64,000 nucleotides of DNA, from NCBI GenBank assembly GCA_040402415.1, contig JBBAMS010000006.1, positions 214-64,213 of the forward strand, written 5' to 3'. The stretch is from Candidatus Planktophila sp. Lineage in GTDB: Bacteria > Actinomycetota > Actinomycetes > Nanopelagicales > Nanopelagicaceae. How positions within the stretch are numbered: position 1 is the stretch's first letter; every line of letters starts with the position of its first letter. Position numbers and translations under genes: made by a program. Below are positions 33,555 to 42,952 of this stretch, one piece after another. The notes under the pieces were generated by a model. The model worked only from the letters and a program-made list of their open reading frames with translations. It ran no database searches and had not been told where the DNA came from.

Positions 33555-34546
33555 AGCTGACCTCCCGCAATGGAAATCAGATGACGCGCCTTCAATTGGG
33601 TCTCTTCCCATTCAGATGCAGGATCGCTCCCCCATGTAATTCCGGCACCCGTACCGAATCTCACAATTGAATCTCCCGCGTTCCAGAATGTGCGAATCGC
33701 AACTGCCAACTCTGCACGATCTCCATGTACCCAACCTAACGTTCCACAATAAGGCCCTCGAACCGTCTCATTCTCTTCAATAATACGAAGAGCCGAACTC
33801 TTGGGTGCACCACTGACTGAACCCGGTGGCATCGTTGCATCGAAGATATCTTTCCAACCGAGTCCTAACTGAAGCTCACCTTGCACATCCGATACCAAAT
33901 GCGTAATTCCAGGATGTTTCTCATGTCTAAAAAGTTCAGCAACTTCTACGCTGCCTGGTTTGCAGATTCGTCCTAAATCATTGCGCATCAAATCAACGAT
34001 CATCAGATTCTCAGCTTCATCTTTCTCACCAAAAGTATCCTCATTGCGAGTAATCGTTCCCTTAATAGGCGATGTCAGAATCGTGGAACCAGTGCGAGAG
34101 AGGAAGCGCTCCGGAGATGCCGATGCAATCTCAAGATTCTTCAGACTCAAGTAAGCGGCAAAAGGGGCGGGGTTTCCAAGTAATAACTGAGAGAACAGTC
34201 CAGCAAGTGACTGATTCTTTCTATCCATTCTTTGATGTAGTTGCCGGCAGGCATTGACTTGATACACGCCACCCTCAGCAATCGCTTCCCGAATGGTTGA
34301 TACATACGCCATGTAATCCATCTGATCGTGCGAAGAACTCCATGGCTTCATCAGACGATCCCAATCTTGTTGCGGAAACTCTGCGACTTTTACATCAGCA
34401 AATCTGGCAAATGTTGCTGCTCCTTCAAATGTTTTCATCACAGCCCAGAAAGAACCATCATCGAGCTTTGATGCATCACCTGTCACTTCTTTGAGATTGG
34501 TCGCGTGAATTCCACCCATCCAGAATTGCGATTCACGACCAAACAT
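33551..34546 (-). CDS. Chorismate-binding protein (PabB/TrpE component I-like, short)
   Basis: GGVYQVN, SASPERF, PIKGT, ENLMIVDLMRNDL, PPGSVSGAPK, RGPYCG, IRT, GAGITWGS, EWEET. Confidence 0.88.
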   Translation of the reverse strand: MFGRESQFWMGGIHATNLKEVTGDASKLDDGSFWAVMKTFEGAATFARFADVKVAEFPQQDWDRLMKPWSSSHDQMDYMAYVSTIREAIAEGGVYQVNACRQLHQRMDRKNQSLAGLFSQLLLGNPAPFAAYLSLKNLEIASASPERFLSRTGSTILTSPIKGTITRNEDTFGEKDEAENLMIVDLMRNDLGRICKPGSVEVAELFRHEKHPGITHLVSDVQGELQLGLGWKDIFDATMPPGSVSGAPKSSALRIIEENETVRGPYCGTLGWVHGDRAELAVAIRTFWNAGDSIVRFGTGAGITWGSDPASEWEETQLKARHLISIAGGQL

Positions 34547-34644
34547 GGGGCAAGGCTACGCATATAAATACCGAGAAAGCTCAATAGAAATCTACGCTTT
34601 GGCACTTACGCCCGCTCTGCGCTAGATTTGACCCTTCTCAAAAT

Positions 34645-34717
34645 GCGGACGTAGCGCAGCTGGTAGCGCGGAACCTTGCCAAGGTTCAGGTCGCGGGTTC
34701 GAACCCCGTCGTCCGCT
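34645..34717 (+). tRNA. tRNA-Gly(GCC)
   Basis: GCGGACG acceptor pairs with CGTCCGC; anticodon loop TTGCCAA; T-loop GGTTCGAACCC. Confidence 0.97.
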
Positions 34718-34765
34718 CGGATTGACCGTCGCTTCGAATGTATTTTCAGGTGGCGGTTTATTCAT

Positions 34766-34839
34766 GGTCGGATGGCCGAGAGGCGAGGCAAGGGACTGCA
34801 AATCCCTCTACACGGGTTCAAATCCCGTTCCGACCTCCA
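34766..34839 (+). tRNA. tRNA-Cys(GCA), CCA encoded
   Basis: GGTCGGA pairs with TCCGACC; anticodon arm AGGGA-CTGCAAA-TCCCT; GGTTCAAATCC; ends TCCA. Confidence 0.97.
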
Positions 34840-34927
34840 CTGCATTACTCGTAAGAGGAATGACGTTGGCATTGCTTGTCTCGCCAGAGACATGAAATGG
34901 TTAAGCAATACAATTTCATATCACCGA

Positions 34928-34999
34928 GGACGATTGGCTCAGCGGTAGAGCACCACATTGACATTGTGGGGGTCACTGGTTCGATCCCAGTATCGTCCA
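34928..34999 (+). tRNA. tRNA-Val(GAC)
   Basis: GGACGAT pairs with ATCGTCC; anticodon arm CCACA-TTGACAT-TGTGG; GGTTCGATCCC. Confidence 0.97.
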
Positions 35000-35013
35000 C
35001 TGGAAAGACTGCA

Positions 35014-35054
35014 AAGAAAAACCCACCGCCACATCAATGACGGTGGGTTTTCTT
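35014..35054. terminator. Bidirectional intrinsic terminator
   Basis: AAGAAAAACCCACCG-N12-CGGTGGGTTTTCTT between the tRNA operon and the convergent permease gene. Confidence 0.85.
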
Positions 35055-35063
35055 ATTCCTTTG

Positions 35064-36326
35064 TTAGGAAGCTTTACCTACGGCCTTATTGAGGGCACGC
35101 AGCAGCTGGTATCCGATGACTGCAACGAGAGTTCCGTTGACGATGCCACCGAATGAGTAGTTTCCGTGCTTCCATGTCATATCGGCGATACCGATAATCA
35201 AAGTGGTAGCTGCGATGAGTAAATTTGTTGAATCTCCGAAGTTGACCTTGTTTTCGATCCAAATTTTTGCACCGAGAACACCAATCATGCCGTAGAGAGC
35301 TACACCAACTCCACCAAGAACACCGCTAGGAGTTGCGCTCAGAACCGCGCCAAACTTGGGGCAGAGAGATAAGACAATCGCACCGATTCCCGCAACCCAA
35401 TATGCCGCTGTGGAATAGATACGAGTTGCTGCCATCACGCCGATATTTTCAGCATATGTAGTTGTACCAGAACCGCCGCCAACACCCGCAAGAGTTGTTG
35501 CAAGGCCATCGGCAAAGAGAGCATTACCCATCTGGTCATCGAGATCTTTCCCAGTCATAGCTGAGACTGCCTTAACGTGGCCGACGTTCTCAGCGATGAG
35601 AACAAGGACAACCGGCAAGAAAAGCAAGATGGCACTCGTATTATATGTTGGTGTCGTAAATGTTGGAGCTGCAAACCACTTTGCTGCCCTTACTCCATCG
35701 TAGTTAATATCTCCACGAAGTGATGCAAAGAGGTAACCGACGATGATTCCGCCGAAGATACTGATGCGGCCAATAAATCCTTTGGAGACAGCGCCGATGA
35801 TGGCAACTGCCGCGAGTGTGACTATCGCAGTTAGTGGGGCTGCCTTAAAGTTGTTATTGGCAGCGCCTGCGAGGTTGAGACCAATAATCATCACGATGGA
35901 ACCTGTGACCAGTGGTGGAAGGAGCCAGTTGATCCAGCCGATTCCAATTGCATCAACGAGCAAACCAACCAGAGCAAGGATCACACCTGTGGCAACAACG
36001 CCACCGAGCGCGACTGCCATTCCACCACTTGATTTAGCGGCAGCAATTGGTGCAAGGAATGCAAAAGATGAACCTAGGTAGCTAGGGACTCGATTCTTAG
36101 TGAGGATGAGGAATACAAGAGTTCCAACGCCTGAGAAGAAGAGAGTCGTGCTTGGTGGGAATCCCGTGATGATTGGGACCAAGAATGTTGCACCGAACAT
36201 CGCGGCGATGTGCTGAACGCCAACGCCAATAGTCAGTGGCCACGCTAGGCGCTCGTCTGGTTTTACAACTTCGCCATCCTTAATTGATTTTCCATTGCCA
36301 TGCAGTTTCCACGATAGAAGCGACAT
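35064..36326 (-). CDS. NCS2 nucleobase:cation symporter (uracil permease, UraA/PyrP-like)
   Basis: QHIAAMFGAT, PSYLGSSFAF, AENVGH, DGLAT, signature TTYAENIGVMAATRIYS. Start ATG 36326 with SD GGAAGGA. Confidence 0.92.
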   Translation of the reverse strand: MSLLSWKLHGNGKSIKDGEVVKPDERLAWPLTIGVGVQHIAAMFGATFLVPIITGFPPSTTLFFSGVGTLVFLILTKNRVPSYLGSSFAFLAPIAAAKSSGGMAVALGGVVATGVILALVGLLVDAIGIGWINWLLPPLVTGSIVMIIGLNLAGAANNNFKAAPLTAIVTLAAVAIIGAVSKGFIGRISIFGGIIVGYLFASLRGDINYDGVRAAKWFAAPTFTTPTYNTSAILLFLPVVLVLIAENVGHVKAVSAMTGKDLDDQMGNALFADGLATTLAGVGGGSGTTTYAENIGVMAATRIYSTAAYWVAGIGAIVLSLCPKFGAVLSATPSGVLGGVGVALYGMIGVLGAKIWIENKVNFGDSTNLLIAATTLIIGIADMTWKHGNYSFGGIVNGTLVAVIGYQLLRALNKAVGKAS

Positions 36327-36438
36327 TGCGTTCCTTCCACTAGTACAGATCAATATGCGATAGGCATCGCGTACGGGGGAAGTTCGTAAAATAGAATAAA
36401 TCTTTACTCTCAAGTATGGAGAACAACACACCCTCGCA

Positions 36439-37062
36439 ATGGAGTACTTTTTGGGGGTGGTTGCGCTCATTTCGGGATTTTTCGCGAGTCTCTCGCTCAT
36501 TATTGCAATCGGCGCCCAGAATGCGTTCGTTATCAAACAAGGTCTACTTCGAAGCCATGTCACTCTGGTCGTAGTTTTCTGCTCTCTTGCCGATGCGCTC
36601 TTTATTGTTCTCGGTATTGGAGGCCTTGGGACTCTTGTTCAATCTCAACCTCGTGTACTGGAATATATTCGCTGGTTTGGCGTGGCCTACTTAACCTGGT
36701 TTGGGATCAAAAGCGTTCGTGCGGCGCTCTCTATGCAGACTCTCACAGTTGAAACATCTAGTGAGAGATCTGCACTCAAGGTGCTTCTCTCGTTATTCAC
36801 CTTCACCTTCCTCAATCCCCATGTCTATTTGGACACGGTCATTCTGCTAGGCAGCATTGCAAACCAATTCTCGAATCATCGTTGGTACTTCGCCCTGGGA
36901 GCATCTATGGCAAGTATCTTATGGTTTACAACGATTGGCTACGGAGCACGGGCGGCATCTCAATACATGACTCGGCCTATTTTCTGGAAGGTACTCGACT
37001 CTGTGATTGCAGTAATCATGTTTAGTATCGCAATTACGCTTGCTTTCTACAGATTCAACTAG
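36439..37062 (+). CDS. LysE/ArgO family amino acid exporter
   Basis: LIIAIGAQNAFVIKQG, TFLNPHVYLDTV, WF..IGYGA. Confidence 0.93.
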   Translation: MEYFLGVVALISGFFASLSLIIAIGAQNAFVIKQGLLRSHVTLVVVFCSLADALFIVLGIGGLGTLVQSQPRVLEYIRWFGVAYLTWFGIKSVRAALSMQTLTVETSSERSALKVLLSLFTFTFLNPHVYLDTVILLGSIANQFSNHRWYFALGASMASILWFTTIGYGARAASQYMTRPIFWKVLDSVIAVIMFSIAITLAFYRFN

Positions 37063-37930
37063 CTGATTTACGACTTAAATAGAGAATACCAAGAGCAACG
37101 GTTGCGATACCTAAATAGCTTTGCAGTAGCAGCTTCTCACCGATGACAAATGCCGCCAATATCGTGGCCGTTGCCGGTTCGGCGAGAACAACCGTTGCAG
37201 CAAGGCTAGATTCGATGCGCTTTAGGCCGAACATGAAGAGAACGTAACCGAGCGATGTAGTGACAAGGCCTAGCCAGAGAACTGTGACGAAACCCTTGGT
37301 GGTGAGAATCCATACCGGACTCTGGGTGAAGAGAAATGGTGAGCTCACAACGGCTGCAACGCCGAATGTTGTTGCTGTAAGCCAAATATCTTGGGCACCG
37401 CGTGCCAGTGATCTTCGGCAAACAACGTTAAATACTGCGAAACCAAATCCAGCAAGAGCTGCCAGAGCAACACCTTTTCCATTGAAAGATGCGATGCCAT
37501 GTGCCGTTCCAACTAACACGATGCCTAGAATCGTGATGGTGGTACCTAGGTACCAACTCCTCTGGGGTTTCTCGCGCATCAATACGAAAGCGACGAGAGC
37601 AGACAGGGTTGGCGCGGCACCAAGAGCTGTCACTGTCGCAATAGCGATACCCGTTGAATGGACCGCGCTAAAGAAGGTGAGCTGATACATGCCGATACCA
37701 GCGCCACAGACGATCAAATCAGGTAGGGGCATGCGAACTTCGCCACGATTCTTCCTTTGGAAAGATGCGAAGATAAAGAGAAAGAGTGACCCACAGATAA
37801 GACGTGCCGAAGCAACGGCAACAGGGGAAATTTCCGGGACCCCTAGTTGTTGTGTTGTACCTGTCGTGCCGAAACAGAGTGCGGCGCCGAGAACTGCAAA
37901 TATTCCGGCCCGCTGTTTGGTAGTACTCAT
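37055..37930 (-). CDS. EamA/DMT family transporter
   Basis: About 10 hydrophobic segments; FGTTGT, LAEPATATILA..IGE. Start ATG 37930 (TATCCT 6 nt upstream). Confidence 0.88.
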   Translation of the reverse strand: MSTTKQRAGIFAVLGAALCFGTTGTTQQLGVPEISPVAVASARLICGSLFLFIFASFQRKNRGEVRMPLPDLIVCGAGIGMYQLTFFSAVHSTGIAIATVTALGAAPTLSALVAFVLMREKPQRSWYLGTTITILGIVLVGTAHGIASFNGKGVALAALAGFGFAVFNVVCRRSLARGAQDIWLTATTFGVAAVVSSPFLFTQSPVWILTTKGFVTVLWLGLVTTSLGYVLFMFGLKRIESSLAATVVLAEPATATILAAFVIGEKLLLQSYLGIATVALGILYLSRKSAS

Positions 37931-37958
37931 TGGGCGAGGATACTCGTAGGATGCTCGC
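37931..37958. promoter_or_regulatory. Back-to-back leaderless promoters with an imperfect palindrome
   Basis: Minus TATCCT (37937-37942) lies 6 nt before ATG 37930; plus TAGGAT (37947-37952) lies 6 nt before ATG 37959. Confidence 0.6.
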
Positions 37959-39443
37959 ATGACCTTTCGCGCCGTGAAACCAATTGATGCAAGCTCGTAC
38001 GGTGTAGATATTGCTGAAAATACCAAGAGCGAAGTTGATGAGCTGATTGCGCACGCTGCTGCAACTTCTGCTTCCCTTGCCAATCAATCACCTGCACAGC
38101 GCGCTCAACTCTTACGTGCGATAGCAGCTGCGATTGAGTTATCGCGTGATTCTCTTATTCAATCAGCCTGCGCCGAAACTGCGCTTCCTGAAGCTCGTAT
38201 AGCAGGAGAAGTAACGAGAACGACTGTTCAATTCGAACTCTTCGCTCGTCTTGTCGAATCAGGAAAACATTTAGCTGTTGTCATTGATGAGGCAGATCCC
38301 AACTATTCACCTGCGCCTCGTCCTGATATTCGCAAGATGAATCAGCCCCTTGGTGTGGTGGCAATCTTCGCTGCAAGTAACTTTCCGCTTGCCTTCTCTG
38401 TTGCAGGTGGAGACGCGGCCTCAGCGATTGCTGCCGGAAATCCGGTTGTTGCAAAGGCGCATCCATCACATCCCAACACCTGTGCAATTATGGAGAAGGC
38501 AATTAAGTCAGCTCTTACACAATGTGGGATTTCATCAGATGCGTACTCAATTGTTCAGGGAACAAGCCCTCAAATCACTCACTGGTTGGCACAACATCCT
38601 GAGATCACCGCCATTGGTTTCACAGGCTCTGAAACTGTGGGTCGAATTCTCGTTGACCTTGGTGCACATCGCAGCTCTCCGATTCCTGTCTATGCAGAGA
38701 TGGGAAGTCTCAATCCTGTCTTTGTCACACAGAAAGCCATTGATGAACGTTCTGAAGTACTTGCCAAAGGTCTCGTTGATTCAGCGCTTATGGGTTCTGG
38801 ACAATTCTGCACAAAGCCAGGGTTAATTTTCGCACCTGCTGATTCTGCTTTCATCGCAACAATGAAATCACACCTTGCCAGCCTTAGCGTCGCCCCCCTA
38901 TTAAGTAAGTCAATTGCAGATCGTTACTCAGCTGCTATCACGGCTCTCACAGCAAGCGGAAAGATTGAAATCGCAACAGGTATTGCACGAACTGAGGGCT
39001 TTGGAGTTACACCGACAATCTTCTTGACCGATTGGGCAACTGCATCAGAGAACAGCGCGCTCCTTGAAGAACACTTTGGGCCAACCACCGTGGTTATCAC
39101 ATGTAATGAAAAACAGTATCCAGAAATTGCGGCAGCGCTACACGGACAACTCACTGCAACAATCCACGGAACGGATGCAGATGATGTTGCAGCTTTACTC
39201 TCCGTATTGAAAGAGAAGGCTGGACGAGTCATCTGGAACGGATTCCCTACCGGAGTTGCAGTCACATCCGCAATGAACCACGGGGGACCATGGCCATCAT
39301 CGTCAACAACTACTACCTCTGTTGGAACTGATGCGATCTATCGTTTTATGCGACCAGTTGCGTACCAAGGATTTTCACAAGCTGTTTTACCTGCAGCACT
39401 GCAAGATGCAAATCCCTGGTCAGTGCCGCAAAGGATTAACTAA
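37959..39443 (+). CDS. NADP-dependent aldehyde dehydrogenase, alpha-ketoglutaric semialdehyde dehydrogenase type
   Basis: ASNFPLAFSVAGGD, KAHPSHP, FTGS, EMGSLNP, GQFCTKPG, EEHFGP, NGFPTGV, HGGPWPS. Confidence 0.88.
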   Translation: MTFRAVKPIDASSYGVDIAENTKSEVDELIAHAAATSASLANQSPAQRAQLLRAIAAAIELSRDSLIQSACAETALPEARIAGEVTRTTVQFELFARLVESGKHLAVVIDEADPNYSPAPRPDIRKMNQPLGVVAIFAASNFPLAFSVAGGDAASAIAAGNPVVAKAHPSHPNTCAIMEKAIKSALTQCGISSDAYSIVQGTSPQITHWLAQHPEITAIGFTGSETVGRILVDLGAHRSSPIPVYAEMGSLNPVFVTQKAIDERSEVLAKGLVDSALMGSGQFCTKPGLIFAPADSAFIATMKSHLASLSVAPLLSKSIADRYSAAITALTASGKIEIATGIARTEGFGVTPTIFLTDWATASENSALLEEHFGPTTVVITCNEKQYPEIAAALHGQLTATIHGTDADDVAALLSVLKEKAGRVIWNGFPTGVAVTSAMNHGGPWPSSSTTTTSVGTDAIYRFMRPVAYQGFSQAVLPAALQDANPWSVPQRIN

Positions 39444-40444
39444 ACAATAAACCCACTTGGGAATGGATCATTGGGATCTAGCATCCATGTTGCTTCACCC
39501 ATAACCCACGCACGTCCTGTGATCATAGGAATAATGGCATCAATATCTCCAACTTTTGTGCGCTCTTTAAAGGTAGCTTGAAAGTGCGAACCAATCCATG
39601 ACTCGTTATTAAGGACATCTCCATCTTTAAATTCTCCTCGTGCAACCATTTGCGCTAATCGCGCACTCGTTCCTGTTCCACAAGGTGAGCGATCAAACCA
39701 CCCAGGATGTATGGCCATTGCATTGCGCCAATGAAGAGGACCTTCAGAACCTGGTGCAATGAAATCAATGTGGTGACAGATTGCAATCTCTGGGTTTTCG
39801 GGATGTACCGGACGATTATGTTCATTGATGGCATCCGAAATCGTTAACCCTAAGTCGAGAAACTTCTGACCATTCTCACGGGTGAATTCAATACCAACGC
39901 GATCAACAGGAACGATGGCATAGAAGTTGCCTCCATAAGCCATGTCATAGGTAAGTTTCCCAAATCCTGGAACATCAACTACTTGGTCAAGAGCGTAAGA
40001 AAATGATGGAACGTTGGTCATCGTGACATTCTTAGCTCGTCCATTTTCAACGGAAACATCGACAACGACAAGTCCTGCAGGAGTATCAAGGCGAATCGTG
40101 GTTACGGGCTCAATAACAGTTACTAACTTCTTCTCAATGAGTGCAGTTGCAACACCAATGGTGCCGTGGCCACACATCGGTAAACAACCAGAGACCTCTA
40201 TATAGACAACTCCCCAATCAGCATCGGCACGTGTGGGTTTCTGCAATATTGCACCGCTCATCGCGCTGTGCCCGCGAGGTTCATACATCAGCCACTGGCG
40301 CCAGAAATCCATATGTTCCATGAAGTGCAGGCGCTTATCGAACATCGTCGCACCTGGAATCTCACCGATTCCTGAGGTTACAACGCGCGTAGGCATACCT
40401 TCGGTATGAGTCTCAACTGTTGTAACAGTGCGGATGCTATTCAT
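39440..40444 (-). CDS. Proline racemase family enzyme, probably 4-hydroxyproline 2-epimerase
   Basis: HTEGMPTR, EPRGHSAMSG, MCGHG and DRSPCGTG (catalytic Cys/Cys pair). Confidence 0.9.
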   Translation of the reverse strand: MNSIRTVTTVETHTEGMPTRVVTSGIGEIPGATMFDKRLHFMEHMDFWRQWLMYEPRGHSAMSGAILQKPTRADADWGVVYIEVSGCLPMCGHGTIGVATALIEKKLVTVIEPVTTIRLDTPAGLVVVDVSVENGRAKNVTMTNVPSFSYALDQVVDVPGFGKLTYDMAYGGNFYAIVPVDRVGIEFTRENGQKFLDLGLTISDAINEHNRPVHPENPEIAICHHIDFIAPGSEGPLHWRNAMAIHPGWFDRSPCGTGTSARLAQMVARGEFKDGDVLNNESWIGSHFQATFKERTKVGDIDAIIPMITGRAWVMGEATWMLDPNDPFPSGFIV

Positions 40445-40449
40445 TGGTG

Positions 40450-41343
40450 TTAACGATTCTTAAAGTACGCCAGCGCAACATCCATCTCGCGATGGATCTG
40501 CTCTTGCTCATGCTTTGGTAGTGCAAGGCGTGGAAGACGAGTCGGTCCACCATAGCGACCAACATGATCCATACCTAACTTAATAGCTTGAATGAACTCT
40601 TTCTTTGAATCCCAATGGAACACATCATGGAGCGCTGCATACATCGGCGCAGCCTCTTTAAAGTTACCTGATGTTGCAAGGTTGAAGAGCTCCATAGATT
40701 CCTTAGGAAGCGCGTTAGGAAATCCTGCAATCCATCCTGCGATACCAGCGGTTGATAGTTCGAGGAATACATCATCTGCACCGACGATGACATCGATACG
40801 TGGAGCCAAACGCTTGATCTGCCAGATACGACGAACATCGCCAGAGAATTCCTTGATCGCAACAACGGTTGGAACCTCCTCTGCAATACGCGCAACGAGC
40901 CGAGGTGTGAGATCTACCTTGGTATCAAAAGGATTGTTATAGGCAATGATAGGAATTCCAACTTTACCTACCTCTTTGTAATGAGCGAGGACTTCATCAT
41001 CTGATGCACGATATGCGTTAGGTGGCAGAAGCATGACAGCTCCAGCGCCTGCCTTCTGTGCAAGCTCAGCCCATTTGCGTGATTCGGCAGCGCCATATGC
41101 AGCAACACCTGGAACAACGCTGAACCCTTTAGGGGCAGCAGCTACTGCGACTTCCACAATCTTTGCGCGCTCATCTGCTGTCAGGACTTGATACTCGCCT
41201 AACGAACCATTTGGAATAACTCCATGTGTTCCGTTAGCAGCAAGCCATGAAACATGTTCAGCGTATTTGTCATAGTCGACAGAGAGATCGGATTTGAAAG
41301 GTGTTGCTGTTGCCGTTAATACGCCATTCCATGGGTTAGTCAT
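40450..41343 (-). CDS. DHDPS-family protein, probable 1-pyrroline-4-hydroxy-2-carboxylate deaminase
   Basis: NGSLGEY, YNNP, IKEFSGD (Schiff-base Lys); hydroxyproline cluster context. Start ATG 41343. Confidence 0.82.
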   Translation of the reverse strand: MTNPWNGVLTATATPFKSDLSVDYDKYAEHVSWLAANGTHGVIPNGSLGEYQVLTADERAKIVEVAVAAAPKGFSVVPGVAAYGAAESRKWAELAQKAGAGAVMLLPPNAYRASDDEVLAHYKEVGKVGIPIIAYNNPFDTKVDLTPRLVARIAEEVPTVVAIKEFSGDVRRIWQIKRLAPRIDVIVGADDVFLELSTAGIAGWIAGFPNALPKESMELFNLATSGNFKEAAPMYAALHDVFHWDSKKEFIQAIKLGMDHVGRYGGPTRLPRLALPKHEQEQIHREMDVALAYFKNR

Positions 41344-41360
41344 GTCGCACAAGGTATCTC

Positions 41361-42704
41361 TTAAAGTGAGTTTTTTCCATCAGCAAGCTGACCCAATGAA
41401 ATCGGGGCTGCAATTGGCCTATTGCTTGCCGCAATTCTTTCCGCATCAGCGACCGCGCACTTGGTTATGCCAGAAACAATCTCTGAAACATTGCGTGAAC
41501 ACATACGACCTTGGCATAAACCCATTCCTGCGCGGGTGAAGAGCTTCGAAGTTCGTGAATCCTCTGCTCCAAGATCGCTGACTGAATCTTCGATTTCCTG
41601 AGATGTCACTTCCTCACAACGGCAAATCGTCGTACTGGATGTAATCCACGATCTCCAACCATCTCGTACCGGATATGTGCGTCTCAGTGCATCTGCAAAT
41701 CGTTGCTTATGTGCACGCTGTCTCAGAAGCGATTGTTCAATCTTTTGACCTGACGCGGCAAGTCCTGCGATCTCACCTTCTATCAGTGAAAGGTCAGCTC
41801 CCCCGATACCTGTGGCTTCTCCGGCTATCCAAATGTATGGCTGGGAACTCATCTGATCTGAATCCACGTCAAAGATGACGGTTCCATCTGAATCAACCTT
41901 CTGTGCGCATCCTAAAATTCCACCAAGAGAAAGGTCGGGCACAAAACCCCAACCAACGGCTACAACATCGGCTTTGACTAACTGACATTTCCTAGAGTCA
42001 ATTTCAAAACGTGAGTTGATTGTAGAAATAGTGGCAACACCGTCAGTAAATGCAGTTACTGCTCGACCAAACTGAGGTCGAATCCTATGTTTACGAATGA
42101 GCCGGGCGTAATAAATAAGTTCAGAGAACTTTGCGATATTAGTTAGCAGCGCCAGCGGAGATAGCGACCAGCGCAATGGCGAATTGGCATCGATGAGACC
42201 AACTATCTCGGCGCCACCTTCAGCAAGCCCGGTTGCAACAGGTAAGAGAAATGGTCCGGTGCCTGCAACGATAACTTTCTTGCCAGCAAGTACTCCGTGG
42301 CCTTTGAGAAGTGATTGCGCAGCACCTGGTGTCATCGAACCTGGTGTATCCCATCCTGGGAAGGGAAGAGTGCGATCGTAAGCTCCAGTAGCGATAATAA
42401 CTCTCTCCGCCGTGAGTGAACTTTCTATTCCTCCTTGAAGATAATTGATTCTAATGAGATCACCTTCACGTTCGGCGCCCCACACATTGGCCCCTGAGAT
42501 ATGAGTAACCGATTGTGCTTGCGACACCTTGTGAAAAATCGTGTCGGCTCGATAACTTTGATACCCAGACACTTTTGTACGATGTCGCCAATACTGACCG
42601 CCCATACGCGATGCCGAATCTAGCAGCGCAACTTCACTTCCATTGCGTGAGGCAGCCTCTGCTGCTGCAAGTCCTGCGGGCCCTGCCCCAATAACGATAA
42701 TCAC
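41361..42704 (-). CDS. FAD/NAD(P) oxidoreductase with C-terminal BFD-like Cys cluster (D-hydroxyproline dehydrogenase alpha subunit-like)
   Basis: IGAGPAGL, ATGAYDR..PFPGW, GTGPFL, ICRCEEV, RAGMGLCQGRMC. Confidence 0.8.
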   Translation of the reverse strand: MIIVIGAGPAGLAAAEAASRNGSEVALLDSASRMGGQYWRHRTKVSGYQSYRADTIFHKVSQAQSVTHISGANVWGAEREGDLIRINYLQGGIESSLTAERVIIATGAYDRTLPFPGWDTPGSMTPGAAQSLLKGHGVLAGKKVIVAGTGPFLLPVATGLAEGGAEIVGLIDANSPLRWSLSPLALLTNIAKFSELIYYARLIRKHRIRPQFGRAVTAFTDGVATISTINSRFEIDSRKCQLVKADVVAVGWGFVPDLSLGGILGCAQKVDSDGTVIFDVDSDQMSSQPYIWIAGEATGIGGADLSLIEGEIAGLAASGQKIEQSLLRQRAHKQRFADALRRTYPVRDGWRSWITSSTTICRCEEVTSQEIEDSVSDLGAEDSRTSKLFTRAGMGLCQGRMCSRNVSEIVSGITKCAVADAERIAASNRPIAAPISLGQLADGKNSL

Positions 42705-42952
42705 AGTGAGCTCTCAACTTTCATGCCATCTCTCACTTCGATCAAACACGAGCGCTGATTGGAAAGACCATTGATGACTACGACGCAGTCATAACAGACA
42801 CCGATTCCGCAGAAAATGGATCGCGGTTCATTACCGAATCGAGTCTTGCGAAGTTCGCGCTGTTCAAGGTTGATGAGCACCGCCGCGATACTCTGCCCTT
42901 CTTCACATTGCATCTGGGCACCGTTAAATGTAAAAGAGATTGCTTGACTCAT
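42701..42952 (-). CDS. (2Fe-2S)-binding small subunit (D-hydroxyproline dehydrogenase gamma subunit-like)
   Basis: GQSIAAVL, FCGIGVCYDC, RSC. Confidence 0.85.
   Translation of the reverse strand: MSQAISFTFNGAQMQCEEGQSIAAVLINLEQRELRKTRFGNEPRSIFCGIGVCYDCVVVINGLSNQRSCLIEVRDGMKVESSL

Noticed and set aside
34676-34948. 90-aa ORF
   Set aside because: It overlaps three tRNA genes and is spurious.
40450-41343. dapA (lysine biosynthesis)
   Set aside because: It has GSLGE rather than GTTGE and sits in a catabolic cluster.
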